DNA of 64,000 nt from an uncultured Thermodesulfobacteriota bacterium (GTDB lineage Bacteria; Desulfobacterota; WTBG01; CAIYCZ01), in assembly GCA_964594075.1 (NCBI GenBank), contig CAZQKW010000011.1, positions 1,480-65,479 on the forward strand. The letters run 5' to 3'. Made by a program: the position numbers and the translations under genes. Position 1 is the first letter of the stretch. Each line of letters starts with the position of its first letter. The notes under the pieces are model-generated. The model had not been told where the DNA came from, did no database searches, and saw nothing but the letters and a program-made list of their open reading frames with translations. Shown here in pieces: positions 30,482 through 40,496 of this stretch.

Positions 30482-31450
30482 ATGAATATAAGCAAGGAAG
30501 AGAAACTGGCGTTATTCAAGAAGATGTTATTGATCCGCGCCTTTGAAGAAAAAACCGAGGCGCTGTTTCAGCAAAAACTTATTCCGGGATTTGTGCATCT
30601 CTCGCTGGGACAGGAGGCATCAACGGTGGGCAGTTGCGCTGCGTTGCGGCCGGAAGATTATATTATATCCACCCACCGCGGACATGCCCATATTCTGGCC
30701 AAAGGGGGCGACCCGCGGTTTATGTTTGCCGAACTGTTTGGCAAGGCAACTGGCTACTGCAAGGGCAAAGGTGGCTCTATGCACATGGCGGACTTTTCGC
30801 GGGGCATTCTCGGCGCCAATGGCGTTGTGGGAGGCGGATTTCCAATTATAGTCGGCGCAGGATTTTCAATTAAATTGCGCAACTCACAGCAAGTGGGCAT
30901 GGTTTTTTTTGGCGACGGCGCCTCCAACCGCGGCACCTTTCATGAAGCCTGCAATATGGCGGCGGTTTTTAAGCTGCCCATTGTCTTTGTGTGTGAAAAT
31001 AATGGCTATGCGTCAACATCACCGGCAGCAAAAATGATCGCCGGTGGGTCTGCAGCCGGAAGATCGCGGGCTTATGGAATTCCCGGCTATATTACCGACG
31101 GCAGCAATGTGCTGGAGGTGCTGGAGGTGGTGCATGAGGCTGTAGAACGGGCGCGCTGCGGCAACGGCCCATCCATTGTTGAGAATGAAACGTATCGCTA
31201 TAAAGGTCATTTTGAAGGTGACCGGCAAAAATACCGCAGTAAGGATGAAATTCATACGTATAGAAAAAAACGTGATCCCGTCGATAAATTTGAACACCAT
31301 CTTATTGCTGAGAAACTTCTGACAAACGCATTAGCTGCACAGATTAAGGCAGAAATAGCAGCCCGCATAGAGGAAGCTGTGCAGTTCGCGCTGAATGCAC
31401 CGCTGCCTCAACCCGAAGACGCGCTTGAGGATTTGTTTGCAACATCCTGA
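30482..31450 (+). CDS. TPP-dependent 2-oxoacid/acetoin dehydrogenase E1 component alpha subunit (AcoA/PdhA-like)
   Basis: 322 aa with the TPP-binding GDGA..RG..HEA.N motif region (FFGDGASNRGTFHEACNMAAV). Confidence 0.8.
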   Translation: MNISKEEKLALFKKMLLIRAFEEKTEALFQQKLIPGFVHLSLGQEASTVGSCAALRPEDYIISTHRGHAHILAKGGDPRFMFAELFGKATGYCKGKGGSMHMADFSRGILGANGVVGGGFPIIVGAGFSIKLRNSQQVGMVFFGDGASNRGTFHEACNMAAVFKLPIVFVCENNGYASTSPAAKMIAGGSAAGRSRAYGIPGYITDGSNVLEVLEVVHEAVERARCGNGPSIVENETYRYKGHFEGDRQKYRSKDEIHTYRKKRDPVDKFEHHLIAEKLLTNALAAQIKAEIAARIEEAVQFALNAPLPQPEDALEDLFATS

Positions 31451-31463
31451 GGAGATTGCAGGT

Positions 31464-32486
31464 ATGGGAATGAAAGACATGACCTGTGCCCAGGCCACTG
31501 CCGAAGCACTTTTGGAAGAAATGACACGGGATGATACGGTGTTCATTCTGGGGGAAGACTTGGTGAGCAATGGCGGCATCTTCTGCCAGTTTAAGGGCTT
31601 GCCGGAAAAATTTCCCGGTCGGATCATTGACACTCCCATTTCTGAAACAAGCATCGTTGGTTGCGGCGTCGGGGCCGCACTTACCGGCATGCGGCCTATT
31701 ATTGACATGCATTTTGCCGATTTTGTTACCACGGCTATGGACGAAATTGTCAATCAAATGGCTAAAATACGCTATATGTTTGGCGGCCAGGCAAAACTGC
31801 CGCTGGTGCTGTGGGCGCCTGATGGTGCCGGTATTTCTGCAGCAGCACAACATTCGCAGAGCCTTGAAAGCTGGTTTGTTCACACACCGGGACTGAAAGT
31901 CGTTGTCCCTTCCGAACCGTCAGATGTAAAGGGGCTGTTGAAAGCTGCCGTCCGCGATGATGATCCCGTCATCTTTTTTCAGCATAAGCGCCTGTTTAAA
32001 AAGACCGGTTTAGTGCCCAAAGAACCGTATTTAATTCCGTTGGGGAAGGCCGCTATAAAACGTTCGGGAACTCACATTACGCTGATCACCTATTCCCGTA
32101 TGGTCTATGTTTGTCTGGAAGCTGCTCAGCACCTTGCCGCAGAAGGCATTGATGTTGAAGTAATCGATCTGAGAACTCTGAAACCCCTTGATTTTGCCCT
32201 TATTGAGCAGTCGGTGAAAAAAACCCGCCATGCTCTGGTAGTTCACGAAGCCTGCCTCACCGGCGGCTTTGGCGCTGAAGCGGCGGCCCGCATTGGTGAA
32301 GAGCTGTTTGAATATCTTGAAGGACCGGTCGTGCGCGTGGGCGCAAAAGATGTTCCGGTGCCGTTCAGCCCGATACTGGAGCAGTATGTTTTGCCCCAAG
32401 TCTCAGATATTCTTGCCGGCGTTGACAAGGCGCTGCGGCGCACACGACAGCCCATAGACATACCGGAGATCGCCCCGGCTCAATAG
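31464..32486 (+). CDS. E1 component beta subunit (transketolase-like; AcoB/PdhB-like)
   Basis: GAGGAG RBS at 31449-54 before ATG 31464. ILGEDLVSNGGIFCQFKGL...IIDTPISETSIVGCGVGAALTGMRPI. The ORF-table start at 31395 overlaps the alpha subunit and is unlikely. Confidence 0.8.
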   Translation: MGMKDMTCAQATAEALLEEMTRDDTVFILGEDLVSNGGIFCQFKGLPEKFPGRIIDTPISETSIVGCGVGAALTGMRPIIDMHFADFVTTAMDEIVNQMAKIRYMFGGQAKLPLVLWAPDGAGISAAAQHSQSLESWFVHTPGLKVVVPSEPSDVKGLLKAAVRDDDPVIFFQHKRLFKKTGLVPKEPYLIPLGKAAIKRSGTHITLITYSRMVYVCLEAAQHLAAEGIDVEVIDLRTLKPLDFALIEQSVKKTRHALVVHEACLTGGFGAEAAARIGEELFEYLEGPVVRVGAKDVPVPFSPILEQYVLPQVSDILAGVDKALRRTRQPIDIPEIAPAQ

Positions 32487-32535
32487 CGGGCAAACATCCT
32501 GATAGTGCTTCACAAACCTTTTACCGGAGCGCCCT

Positions 32536-33498
32536 ACGAACACCCTTGTTCAAACAGTTACCGGATCTGTTCATCCGTCACAACTTGGTCGCACGCTTAT
32601 CCACGAGCATATTTTCGTTGAATACGGCGGACCTTCTCCAGAGGTTTTTCATCCTGGCCCCCTGCATGATGACATTCTCTGCAGTTGTATTAATTATATT
32701 GAAAAGCTCAAGACGTTCAAGGTTTCAACGGTGGTAGATCCTACCACCATTGATCTCGGCCGGAATGTGCTGCTCATGGCTGAAATTGCTTCCCGGACCG
32801 GTTTTGCGATCATCTGCGCAACCGGCATTTACAGCCCTGCTGCCTATGTGCGGGTGCGCGAACGATTGGGCGGCGATTCGAATGCTGTTGCCGAACTGTT
32901 TATCAGGGAGTTGACCGAAGGCATTGACGATACCGAAATTAAAGCCGGCATTATTAAAGTTGTTACGGGAGGGACGAAGATAACCACAGCAGAATATGAG
33001 CTGCTGCGCGTTGCCGCACGTGCCGCAGTGGAAACCGGTGCACCGATTATCACGCATACAGAAGGCGTTCGCGGTGATGAGCAGCAGGAAATACTGACGG
33101 GCGCCGGCGTGCCAGCCGAGCGCATCGTCATCGGCCATAGCTGTCTGTCACGAAATTTTGACTATCATATGCGAATCGTGCAGAACGGCTCTTACCTGGC
33201 ATTTGACCGCTTTGGCATGCCGGGCATGTCTGACGAAGCGCGTGCGTCATCGCTCGTCAAACTGATTGATGCTGGATGTGCCTCGCGTCTTATGGTTTCT
33301 CACGATTCAGTCTGGTATTGGGTGGACGGTCCGACCATCGGCACCGGAGCCTATAAGAACTGGGTCCCAACGAACTTTTTTGAACGAATTATCCCACTGC
33401 TCAGATATAACGGCGTAACAGATGAACAGATTGAGACGATACTGTGTGAAAACCCGCACCGGTTTTTTTCAGGCAAAAAAACCCCGCCACTCAGGTAA
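32536..33498 (+). CDS. phosphotriesterase-like lactonase (PTE/PLL family, SsoPox-like); the codon at the expected start position is ACG, not ATG
   Basis: Frame 1 encodes (T)NTLVQTVTGSVHPSQLGRTLIHEHIF...VVDPT..LGRN...CENPHRFF, colinear with PLLs from the N-terminus. There is no ATG/GTG/TTG in frame between the TGA-TAG stops at 32500-05 and the HxH motif. GGAG lies 6 nt upstream of ACG 32536. Confidence 0.6.
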   Translation, partial: TNTLVQTVTGSVHPSQLGRTLIHEHIFVEYGGPSPEVFHPGPLHDDILCSCINYIEKLKTFKVSTVVDPTTIDLGRNVLLMAEIASRTGFAIICATGIYSPAAYVRVRERLGGDSNAVAELFIRELTEGIDDTEIKAGIIKVVTGGTKITTAEYELLRVAARAAVETGAPIITHTEGVRGDEQQEILTGAGVPAERIVIGHSCLSRNFDYHMRIVQNGSYLAFDRFGMPGMSDEARASSLVKLIDAGCASRLMVSHDSVWYWVDGPTIGTGAYKNWVPTNFFERIIPLLRYNGVTDEQIETILCENPHRFFSGKKTPPLR

Positions 33499-33592
33499 AA
33501 GCACACACCCTACCATACGCTGCACCTGCGGCAGCTATGCCCAGCCCTTTCCCGAAAAGTTCTTTTGCCAGGCTGTAGATTCATGTTGCTTC

Positions 33593-34921
33593 TTAATAAG
33601 CGGGAAATCCCAGCCGGGTGGCGGGCTTCATGGCGGCGATGGCCCGTTCGGGAGTGAAGGTTGCAAGCTTTTCTGCCAGGGTCGGGCGTTCTTTCTTTAT
33701 TCGTTCAAGATGCGGTTGAATGCCCCGCATAATGTGGCCGTAAAGATTAAACGGATTCAGCGACCAGAAGAGCTTTTGGGTGATTATGTTGTGCAGGTAA
33801 TTAAGTTCATCTTCAGTAAAGATGCGGAAAAAGACCGGGTAACAGAGAAAGTCTTTGTAATCATGCGTCTCCGGCCAGTTTCTTTTCCACCACGTTATAT
33901 AATCCAGCACACCGTCCCGATTTGGCTGGCCCGTGTGCAGCGCCTTGCAGACCGCATGTGCCGCCTTATGGCCGGAGAGCAGTGCGCCGGTGTTTTCTGC
34001 TTCGGCAAACCAGCAACTGTCGCCCACAAATAGGATATTGTTTTTAAACGGCTCGGGCGCCGGACTCCAGGCGTTTATAACGGCGCAGCGTTTGTGTGTT
34101 ACTTCGACATTTTTAAACCATTTGCTGAAGGCGCTTTTATTAATAAAAAAATTAAGTTTTTCATCGCCTGCAATATAGAGCCAGTATTCATCATTCCGGT
34201 AAACGCTGGGCAGCATACAAAAGTGCACAGCTCCCAGATTGCCTTCATGATCAAATGCGTTGCCCATGCAGATCATCTCGGAGCGGTCAAAGTGAACCCC
34301 GGTTATATAGTAGCTTACCGAGCCGGAAGTGAACAGAAAAACCCGGTCGCGGTTGAGGCCGGTTATGCGCGCCACGCGCGAATTGATTCCGTCTGCGGCG
34401 ATACAGAACGTGCCGACAAGTTTTTCGCCGCTGCTCGTTATGACTTCCACGCCGCCTGCGGTGTTTCGCACGTCAATGACATTGCGCTCAAGCAAAAACG
34501 CCACGCCTGCCTTCAGCCCTTCTTCATACAAACCGTTGAGCAGGGCTTCTTTGTCAAAAACGACAGCCGCAATGCCTGCGCCTGAAGCATTTTTCTCGTA
34601 ATCGCCGATTTCAATCCGGTCTTCTGCATTCGGCGCAATAAAATGCGTCGCATAAAATTCACGATAGCCGCCCGAATAGGTAACAGAAAAATTATTAACC
34701 GGGAAAACCCATTTCTGCTTTTCTCGTGAAAAATACATGCGTTCATTATAAAAAGAATCCATATTCATAAGAAACATCTGGGCGCAGGCCCGATATACCC
34801 TGGCCGGATGCGATTTTCGTTCCAGCAACGCGACTTTCAATCCATTTTCCGCTGCGGTCTTTGCAGCTTCCAGTCCAGAAGTTCCTCCCCCTACTACGAC
34901 AAGGTCATATTGTTTCGCCAT
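33593..34921 (-). CDS. FAD-dependent oxidoreductase, geranylgeranyl-reductase family, with ~100-aa C-terminal extension (paralog 1)
   Basis: YDLVVVGGGTSGLEAAKTAAENG Rossmann motif; FCIAADGINSRVAR; 442 aa. Confidence 0.65.
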   Translation of the reverse strand: MAKQYDLVVVGGGTSGLEAAKTAAENGLKVALLERKSHPARVYRACAQMFLMNMDSFYNERMYFSREKQKWVFPVNNFSVTYSGGYREFYATHFIAPNAEDRIEIGDYEKNASGAGIAAVVFDKEALLNGLYEEGLKAGVAFLLERNVIDVRNTAGGVEVITSSGEKLVGTFCIAADGINSRVARITGLNRDRVFLFTSGSVSYYITGVHFDRSEMICMGNAFDHEGNLGAVHFCMLPSVYRNDEYWLYIAGDEKLNFFINKSAFSKWFKNVEVTHKRCAVINAWSPAPEPFKNNILFVGDSCWFAEAENTGALLSGHKAAHAVCKALHTGQPNRDGVLDYITWWKRNWPETHDYKDFLCYPVFFRIFTEDELNYLHNIITQKLFWSLNPFNLYGHIMRGIQPHLERIKKERPTLAEKLATFTPERAIAAMKPATRLGFPAY

Positions 34922-34983
34922 ACGGTAACCCTTTTAAATATGTTATCTCTGCCATTGCGTATTTGGTACCTGTTTGCTCTTTA

Positions 34984-36309
34984 TCAATAATTTGGATAGC
35001 CGGCACGGGTAGCTGGTTTCAACATGGTGATGGCCATCTCGGGCTTGAACAGTGCAATCTTTTGGGCCAGCGCCGGGCGCTCCTGCTTAATTTTTTCCAT
35101 ATGCGGCTGGATCCCGATCATAACCCGTTCGTACAGTTTAAACGGATTCATGGTCCATGGCAGTTTCTGCGTGACGATCCGGTGCAGATAGTTGTGCTCT
35201 TCTTCGTTAAACAAGCGATTAAAGACCGGGTAACACAGAAATTCCTTATAATCATGCGTTTCTGCCCAGTTGCGCTGCCACCAGGTAATATAGTCCATAA
35301 TCCCCTCTCGATCCGGCTTGCCGCTGTGCAGGGCGTTGCACACGGCATGAGCCGCTTTGTGCCCTGACAACAGCGCGCCCGTGTTTTCGGCTTCTGCAAA
35401 CCAACAGCTATCGCCCACAAAAACCACATTATCTTTGAAGGGTTCTTTTGCCGGACTCCAGTTATTGATGACCGCACATCTCTTGTGTGTTACCTGAACA
35501 TTATGAAACCATTTCTTGAAAGGGCTGCTCTGCGTAAAAAACTCAAACCGCTCCTGATTGGGAATATACAACCAGTACTCGTCCTCCCGGTAAACGCTGG
35601 GCAGCATGGAGAACGGGAAGGTGCCGCGTCCGCCGGGTTCCGGACAGAGACCGAGAAAAATAGCTTCAGAGCGATCAAATTTGACGCCCGTTATATAATA
35701 GCTGATCGCTCTGCCGGTATTGCAGAACACCCGGTCGCGATTTAATCCCAAAACCCGCGCCAGTCGCGAGTTAGCGCCATCGGCAGCTATGCAGAAAGTG
35801 CCGACAAACCGCTCGCCCGTGCTGGTCAGAATTTCTACCCCCTGGGCACACGTACGGGCATTAATCACATTGCGCTCAAGATAGTAGCGAACGCCGGCTT
35901 TTTTGCCTTCCTCGAATAGCCCGCCTAATAATGCGCCTTTGTCAAACACAACTGCGGGGATGCCCTGTCCCGCTGCATTTTTCTCATAATCGCCTATCTC
36001 AATCCGGTCTTCGGCATTGGGAGCAATAAAATGACAGCCGTAAAATTCGCGATACGTGCCGGCATAGTTCACCGAAAAGTTATTAACCGGGAAAATCCAC
36101 TTTTTGGTGTCGCGGCAAAAATACATGCGTTCATTGTAAAAGGAATCCATGTTCATCAAAAACATCTGGGCACAGGAACGCTGGATGATTGCCGGATTGG
36201 TTTTGCGTTCAAGCACTGCCACCGCAAGACCATTTTCCGCTGCGGTTTTTGCCGCCTCAAGTCCGGATGTTCCGCCGCCCACCACTATCAGATCATATTT
36301 TTTTGCCAT
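34984..36309 (-). CDS. FAD-dependent oxidoreductase, geranylgeranyl-reductase family (paralog 2; about 70% identical to 33593-34921)
   Basis: MAKKYDLIVVGGGTSGLEAAKTAAENGLAVAVLERK...FCIAADGANSRLAR. Tandem duplicate. Confidence 0.65.
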   Translation of the reverse strand: MAKKYDLIVVGGGTSGLEAAKTAAENGLAVAVLERKTNPAIIQRSCAQMFLMNMDSFYNERMYFCRDTKKWIFPVNNFSVNYAGTYREFYGCHFIAPNAEDRIEIGDYEKNAAGQGIPAVVFDKGALLGGLFEEGKKAGVRYYLERNVINARTCAQGVEILTSTGERFVGTFCIAADGANSRLARVLGLNRDRVFCNTGRAISYYITGVKFDRSEAIFLGLCPEPGGRGTFPFSMLPSVYREDEYWLYIPNQERFEFFTQSSPFKKWFHNVQVTHKRCAVINNWSPAKEPFKDNVVFVGDSCWFAEAENTGALLSGHKAAHAVCNALHSGKPDREGIMDYITWWQRNWAETHDYKEFLCYPVFNRLFNEEEHNYLHRIVTQKLPWTMNPFKLYERVMIGIQPHMEKIKQERPALAQKIALFKPEMAITMLKPATRAGYPNY

Positions 36310-36423
36310 TGTGTAATCCTCACCTTCTGTTCTGTGAATCTTTGATGTGCAATAGCGAAGGCAGGCGAATATGCTCTGCCACCCATTGTGTGCTTTCTGC
36401 TGCCAGTCTGAGGTCTTGGCGCT

Positions 36424-37389
36424 CTATTGCTTCTTTCTATCAAACAGTTTCTCAATCTTCCAGCGTATTTTTCGGGCGCTCACTGAAAGCTTCACGCGCA
36501 TATAATCTTTTCGCAGCCGTTTCATCAGTTGTTTATTATCCCCCCAGTAGGCGCGCAGAAAAAAGAGCTGGTCGCGTTCGGTCACAGCGAGCCCCTGCTC
36601 CCTGAGTTTCATCATCGAACGGCAAAAACGCAATACGTTTCTACTGCGTTCAGTGTGGTTCAGCTGCTTCTTATGCCGGGATTTATCCCAATCCAGGATA
36701 TACACCCGGTCATCATGGTGCGTATCTATAAGGATATTTTTCAGATTGAGATCGCCGTGAAAAAAACCCCGGTCATGCATTAAACGAATTGCCTGTGCCA
36801 CCTTTGCCAGCAGTATTCGTTTTCTGCAAAACCCTTCCCTCCCCGCGCTCATGGCGACCGCCGCAAAAACCGCAGGTAAATGTGCTGCGGACGGCAGTTC
36901 ACTGCTGATAAGATATGCCTTATAAAAAGGACCAGCAACGCGTTCGGTTACTGCAGCCAGTATCGGGGCTGTAGGAATTCCGCTATTGAACGCATCGGTT
37001 GCTACGCGCAGCTCTTTGAAAAGCCGTCGTTCGCCCCAGTAAACATCTGGGATGAAAAATCTAAGCAGCCCGCCCCTGCGGCACTTTCTGATCACCATTT
37101 TTTCCTGATTGCGCGCCTGAATGGGAATTACCGGTGTAACGCCTCTCCCCAAAAGTGCCCTGTGATTGCTCTGGCAGCCCTGCATCAGTTTTTCGGGATT
37201 TTCAATACCCTGTTGCAGCAGGTCATTGCAATATGTTTCCCTGATAGCAATAGTAGTGGTGCCGCGGTGAATGACCAAAAAACCTTGAGGACAAACTGTG
37301 TGTTTCATCTGTGTATCTGAGTTAATGGTTAATAAACCGAACCGCGATACAGCAGGCACGTAACATTGTATGATAAAATCCTGAGACAT
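36424..37389 (-). CDS. lipopolysaccharide-kinase-family protein (Kdo kinase KdkA/InaA-like, protein-kinase fold); true start may be the internal ATG near 37308
   Basis: Catalytic-loop-like FHGDLNLKNILID and IRKCRRGG...YW. Sequence-motif call only. Confidence 0.5.
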   Translation of the reverse strand: MSQDFIIQCYVPAVSRFGLLTINSDTQMKHTVCPQGFLVIHRGTTTIAIRETYCNDLLQQGIENPEKLMQGCQSNHRALLGRGVTPVIPIQARNQEKMVIRKCRRGGLLRFFIPDVYWGERRLFKELRVATDAFNSGIPTAPILAAVTERVAGPFYKAYLISSELPSAAHLPAVFAAVAMSAGREGFCRKRILLAKVAQAIRLMHDRGFFHGDLNLKNILIDTHHDDRVYILDWDKSRHKKQLNHTERSRNVLRFCRSMMKLREQGLAVTERDQLFFLRAYWGDNKQLMKRLRKDYMRVKLSVSARKIRWKIEKLFDRKKQ

Positions 37390-37655
37390 GATTTGTCAAA
37401 CAGTAAAATTACTACAGGGGGTTCCTCTAATTTTTTTGCCGTGCTCTTAATGCACATGAGGGTTTGGCCCACAAAGATATTCTCGTTGACTTACTCACGA
37501 CGCCGCTTCTTTTTTTCTTCTTTTCCCCTGCTGTCATGCTGTTTGTCTGATTCTTAAAGAGAATTTTTGGGAAAACTCGTGTTAATAATTAATAGACCCC
37601 GGCGTATTACAGCCGGGGCCTATGGTGTTACCTGTGATCACGCGTAATCTCCGCA

Positions 37656-38474
37656 TCACCGTTTTGTCTGAACGTCGTTCGGGGTCTCAACCGGCATCGG
37701 GGTAAACACCGCTTCCTGGTCGGGAGTGCCAGTGTGCGGTGCGGTGCGCGCATCTTCGATATATCTGTCAAAGAACCCTTTCTCCTTTTTATCCTTGATC
37801 CACCGAATTCTGCCAAAAGAAGGAACGTGACCCGGGCATTTCTGCACACAGTGCATGCACAAAATGCAATGCGTGGGAGCGCTGCGGCGGCCCAGGTTAA
37901 CCACGTCTCGTTCACCATGTATGTGCATAGGGCATACCTGCGCCCATACGCATCCGTTCTTGCAGTGTATGCATTTATCCGGGTCTGCCTTAATCCCCCA
38001 GGTTCTAATTCTCCCATAAACCATTGACCCGGTGCCCAGCGGGCAGATATAGCGACACCAGTGGCGGGGAATAATAAACAGGCCGATGCCGACTGCAACA
38101 ATGTCAAAGATATGCACGTACCATATGTAAAAATCAAGGTCCCAGAAAATTTCAAAGGTTCCAAAAAAGATAAAAAAACCATACACCCAGTACCAGCTAT
38201 GCATCCATTTGGGCAATTGCATGCGTTTCCATTTCAATTTATTGGTCACAAATTCAATAACCGCTGAATACATGCAGTACCAGCCGCACCCCCATCTGCC
38301 AAAGATGGCAGGCAGCAGGATCAAAACGATCCCGAACCAGGCCCACCAGTAAAGCCAAAGCCCATTTGGCATGCCTTTGAAATAGCGATAATAGAGGTAC
38401 AGGTAAATAAGCAGCGTGAGAAACAGGGTAAGAGAACGCCAACGTTGCCAGTTAACCTTGTGTTGGACAATCAT
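37656..38474 (-). CDS. membrane-bound polyferredoxin of the NapH/MauN/NosR-C type (4 TM plus 2x[4Fe-4S] motifs)
   Basis: GRWGCGWYCM and RHWCRYICPLG (CxxxCP) motifs in TM regions, plus CIHCKNGCVWAQVCP and CILCMHCVQKCP ferredoxin motifs. Confidence 0.7.
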   Translation of the reverse strand: MIVQHKVNWQRWRSLTLFLTLLIYLYLYYRYFKGMPNGLWLYWWAWFGIVLILLPAIFGRWGCGWYCMYSAVIEFVTNKLKWKRMQLPKWMHSWYWVYGFFIFFGTFEIFWDLDFYIWYVHIFDIVAVGIGLFIIPRHWCRYICPLGTGSMVYGRIRTWGIKADPDKCIHCKNGCVWAQVCPMHIHGERDVVNLGRRSAPTHCILCMHCVQKCPGHVPSFGRIRWIKDKKEKGFFDRYIEDARTAPHTGTPDQEAVFTPMPVETPNDVQTKR

Positions 38475-39730
38475 GCGGCACCTCCTTCCTCGCCTGCGGC
38501 AATGAAACGAATCAGTCTTACTATTTCAGGATCCATGTCTTCGAAGGTTAGCCATTTCTTTTCATCCCACTTGATGAGCGTTTGCGCCTCCTCTGCCGTC
38601 AAATTTATATGCTTTTTCTTCTTAAACTCTTCCTCAATCATGCTGCGGACGATATCTGCATATGTCCACTTTTTCTCCTTGGTCTCTGCTAAATATTTCT
38701 GGTAAATAGGGTCAACCAGCTTGGTATTCTTGGTAATAATAATTTTTCCCTCTTCTTGCAGGGCCTCCATGCGATCAATGGTCTGGCCGACTGATTCATA
38801 ATGGCCGCCCAGAATCATGAGTTCATTTTCAATGTTTATTCTGTCCCGCTGTCTAAAGTTGAACTCATAATAAAATGCAGCCACTATAACACAGGCCCAC
38901 CCGGCAATCTTGCCCCCATACGTGTCAACAAAGCGCTGTTTGCCCATGCCTTCAAGGATTTTTTTGCCGCTCAAAAGAAGCGCCCAGACAACAATCACTA
39001 TCAGTGCCATATAGCCTGTTATTTCCGCCACGGTAAAACGCGGATTGCTACTCCAGATGCCCGATATGACGTAGGTGCAATAAAAAATCCAGGGAAGATT
39101 CAGCAGGTAACCCTGCCACCGTTTTAGTTTGAACAAGTACCGGTGCAGACCATACATCAACGCAATTGACCACATGAAGAATATGAGGCCGGTCATGATG
39201 TAGGTGCGCCAATATGCCTCTATCGTCTGGACTGGCGGAACCAGGGACTTATCGCCGGGAAATCCCAAGTGGATAATTTGCGGCGTAATCACCCACACTG
39301 CCTCGCCAGATGCGGAATACCACCACGTCTTGTAAGGGATCATGGCTATTCCAGTAGCCATCACCACTTTCCAAAAACTTGGTCGTTCACGGTTAAAAAT
39401 CGTAATAAGGATGTAATTGAGCATTACGAAGCCCAAGATAACGGGCACCTGATACATGAAGGCAGTGAACCACAAAGCAAAAATGTCAGATGTTACTCCC
39501 TCAGGTCCCGGTATCCACCTAAAATAGGGTTCCAGCGTTTCGCTCATGTGGATTCCCCAATTTTGAATCGGCTGCATAATGGTCATGGGGAAATACTCAT
39601 AGCACTCTGCCATGCCTCTGATGGTAAGGACGACCACTGACAGAGATTCCCAGAAAACCCGGGTCTGATAAATTTTTAGCCCTCGATTTTCTCTCTGGAG
39701 TTCGTCGCTAAAATCATTGAACCAACCCAT
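38471..39730 (-). CDS. multi-pass integral membrane protein of unknown function with C-terminal soluble domain; translationally coupled (4-nt overlap) to the NapH-like gene
   Basis: GGGAGG RBS 6 nt upstream of ATG 39730. At least 8 predicted hydrophobic helices. The upstream extension to 39901 is probably not translated. Confidence 0.5.
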   Translation of the reverse strand: MGWFNDFSDELQRENRGLKIYQTRVFWESLSVVVLTIRGMAECYEYFPMTIMQPIQNWGIHMSETLEPYFRWIPGPEGVTSDIFALWFTAFMYQVPVILGFVMLNYILITIFNRERPSFWKVVMATGIAMIPYKTWWYSASGEAVWVITPQIIHLGFPGDKSLVPPVQTIEAYWRTYIMTGLIFFMWSIALMYGLHRYLFKLKRWQGYLLNLPWIFYCTYVISGIWSSNPRFTVAEITGYMALIVIVVWALLLSGKKILEGMGKQRFVDTYGGKIAGWACVIVAAFYYEFNFRQRDRINIENELMILGGHYESVGQTIDRMEALQEEGKIIITKNTKLVDPIYQKYLAETKEKKWTYADIVRSMIEEEFKKKKHINLTAEEAQTLIKWDEKKWLTFEDMDPEIVRLIRFIAAGEEGGAA

Positions 39731-40118
39731 ATAATACCTCCCGTTTATTAAGCTTAAAGGTAAGACATGAAAATAAGGTGGCAAGAAGATGAAATAAGCG
39801 GAGTGCTGGAGAAATTTTATAGAAGCAGATTGACGGTTGTGACTATAGTGAGATTTATAGGGGAGAAAATTACACCGCCAGCCGGTTGTGATATCGGACA
39901 AGGCGCGGGTGTAAAAAGCGGTGCGTGACTGTTTAAAAAGACTGCAATTGGTTCTGTCTGAAATTCATTTTTTAGCAGTTTTTTAGTCTTTCTAAAGTCA
40001 TTCTGGTTAATCAGTACCCTACCGCCGTGGGCCGAACTCAGTATTTCTGCGTAGGGACAGAGCATGAGATAGACAAATGCAAATAGCAGGAGCAGACCCA
40101 GGACGCGTTGATAGCTTT

Positions 40119-40496
40119 TCACGGTTGTTGTCTCCGATTGGCTCTGCGGAATGTATCCATGACGGGAACCAGTAGCCCATACATCTCGTCAAGCAGCTTT
40201 CTGCCAAACGGCGTCAAGGAATAATATTTTCTATTTGCCCCCTGAGAAGAAGGCTCGGAATGACTTTTAAGCAATCCGTCTCTTTCCAGTGCGCGAAGTT
40301 TTTTATACAGGTTGTTCCGGTCAATGTCAAAGAGGCCGTTGGTAATTCTGAGGACCTCGGCCTTGATTTCATAGGCGTACTGGGATTTCTGACTAATAAG
40401 GGCTAACGTCGCGAACTGAAGGAACCCCCTTTTTAAGTCAAAAATTAACTGGTCCATATGCCGCTTGATAACGCGTTGTTTGTCTATATCATTCAT
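40119..40496 (-). CDS. PadR-family transcriptional regulator
   Basis: LKRGFLQFATLALISQKSQYAYEI...LYKKLRALERDGLL...RKYYSLTPFG winged-helix pattern. Start taken at the internal ATG (MNDIDKQ). Confidence 0.65.
   Translation of the reverse strand: MNDIDKQRVIKRHMDQLIFDLKRGFLQFATLALISQKSQYAYEIKAEVLRITNGLFDIDRNNLYKKLRALERDGLLKSHSEPSSQGANRKYYSLTPFGRKLLDEMYGLLVPVMDTFRRANRRQQP

Noticed and set aside
31395-31463. ORF-table start of the E1 beta gene at 31395
   Set aside because: That start would overlap the alpha subunit by 56 nt in another frame. ATG 31464 is preceded by GAGGAG and matches beta-subunit N-termini.
39731-39901. The N-terminal 57-aa extension of the membrane protein ORF, which would start at 39901
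   Set aside because: The internal ATG at 39730 has a GGGAGG RBS and the extension is not hydrophobic or conserved-looking.
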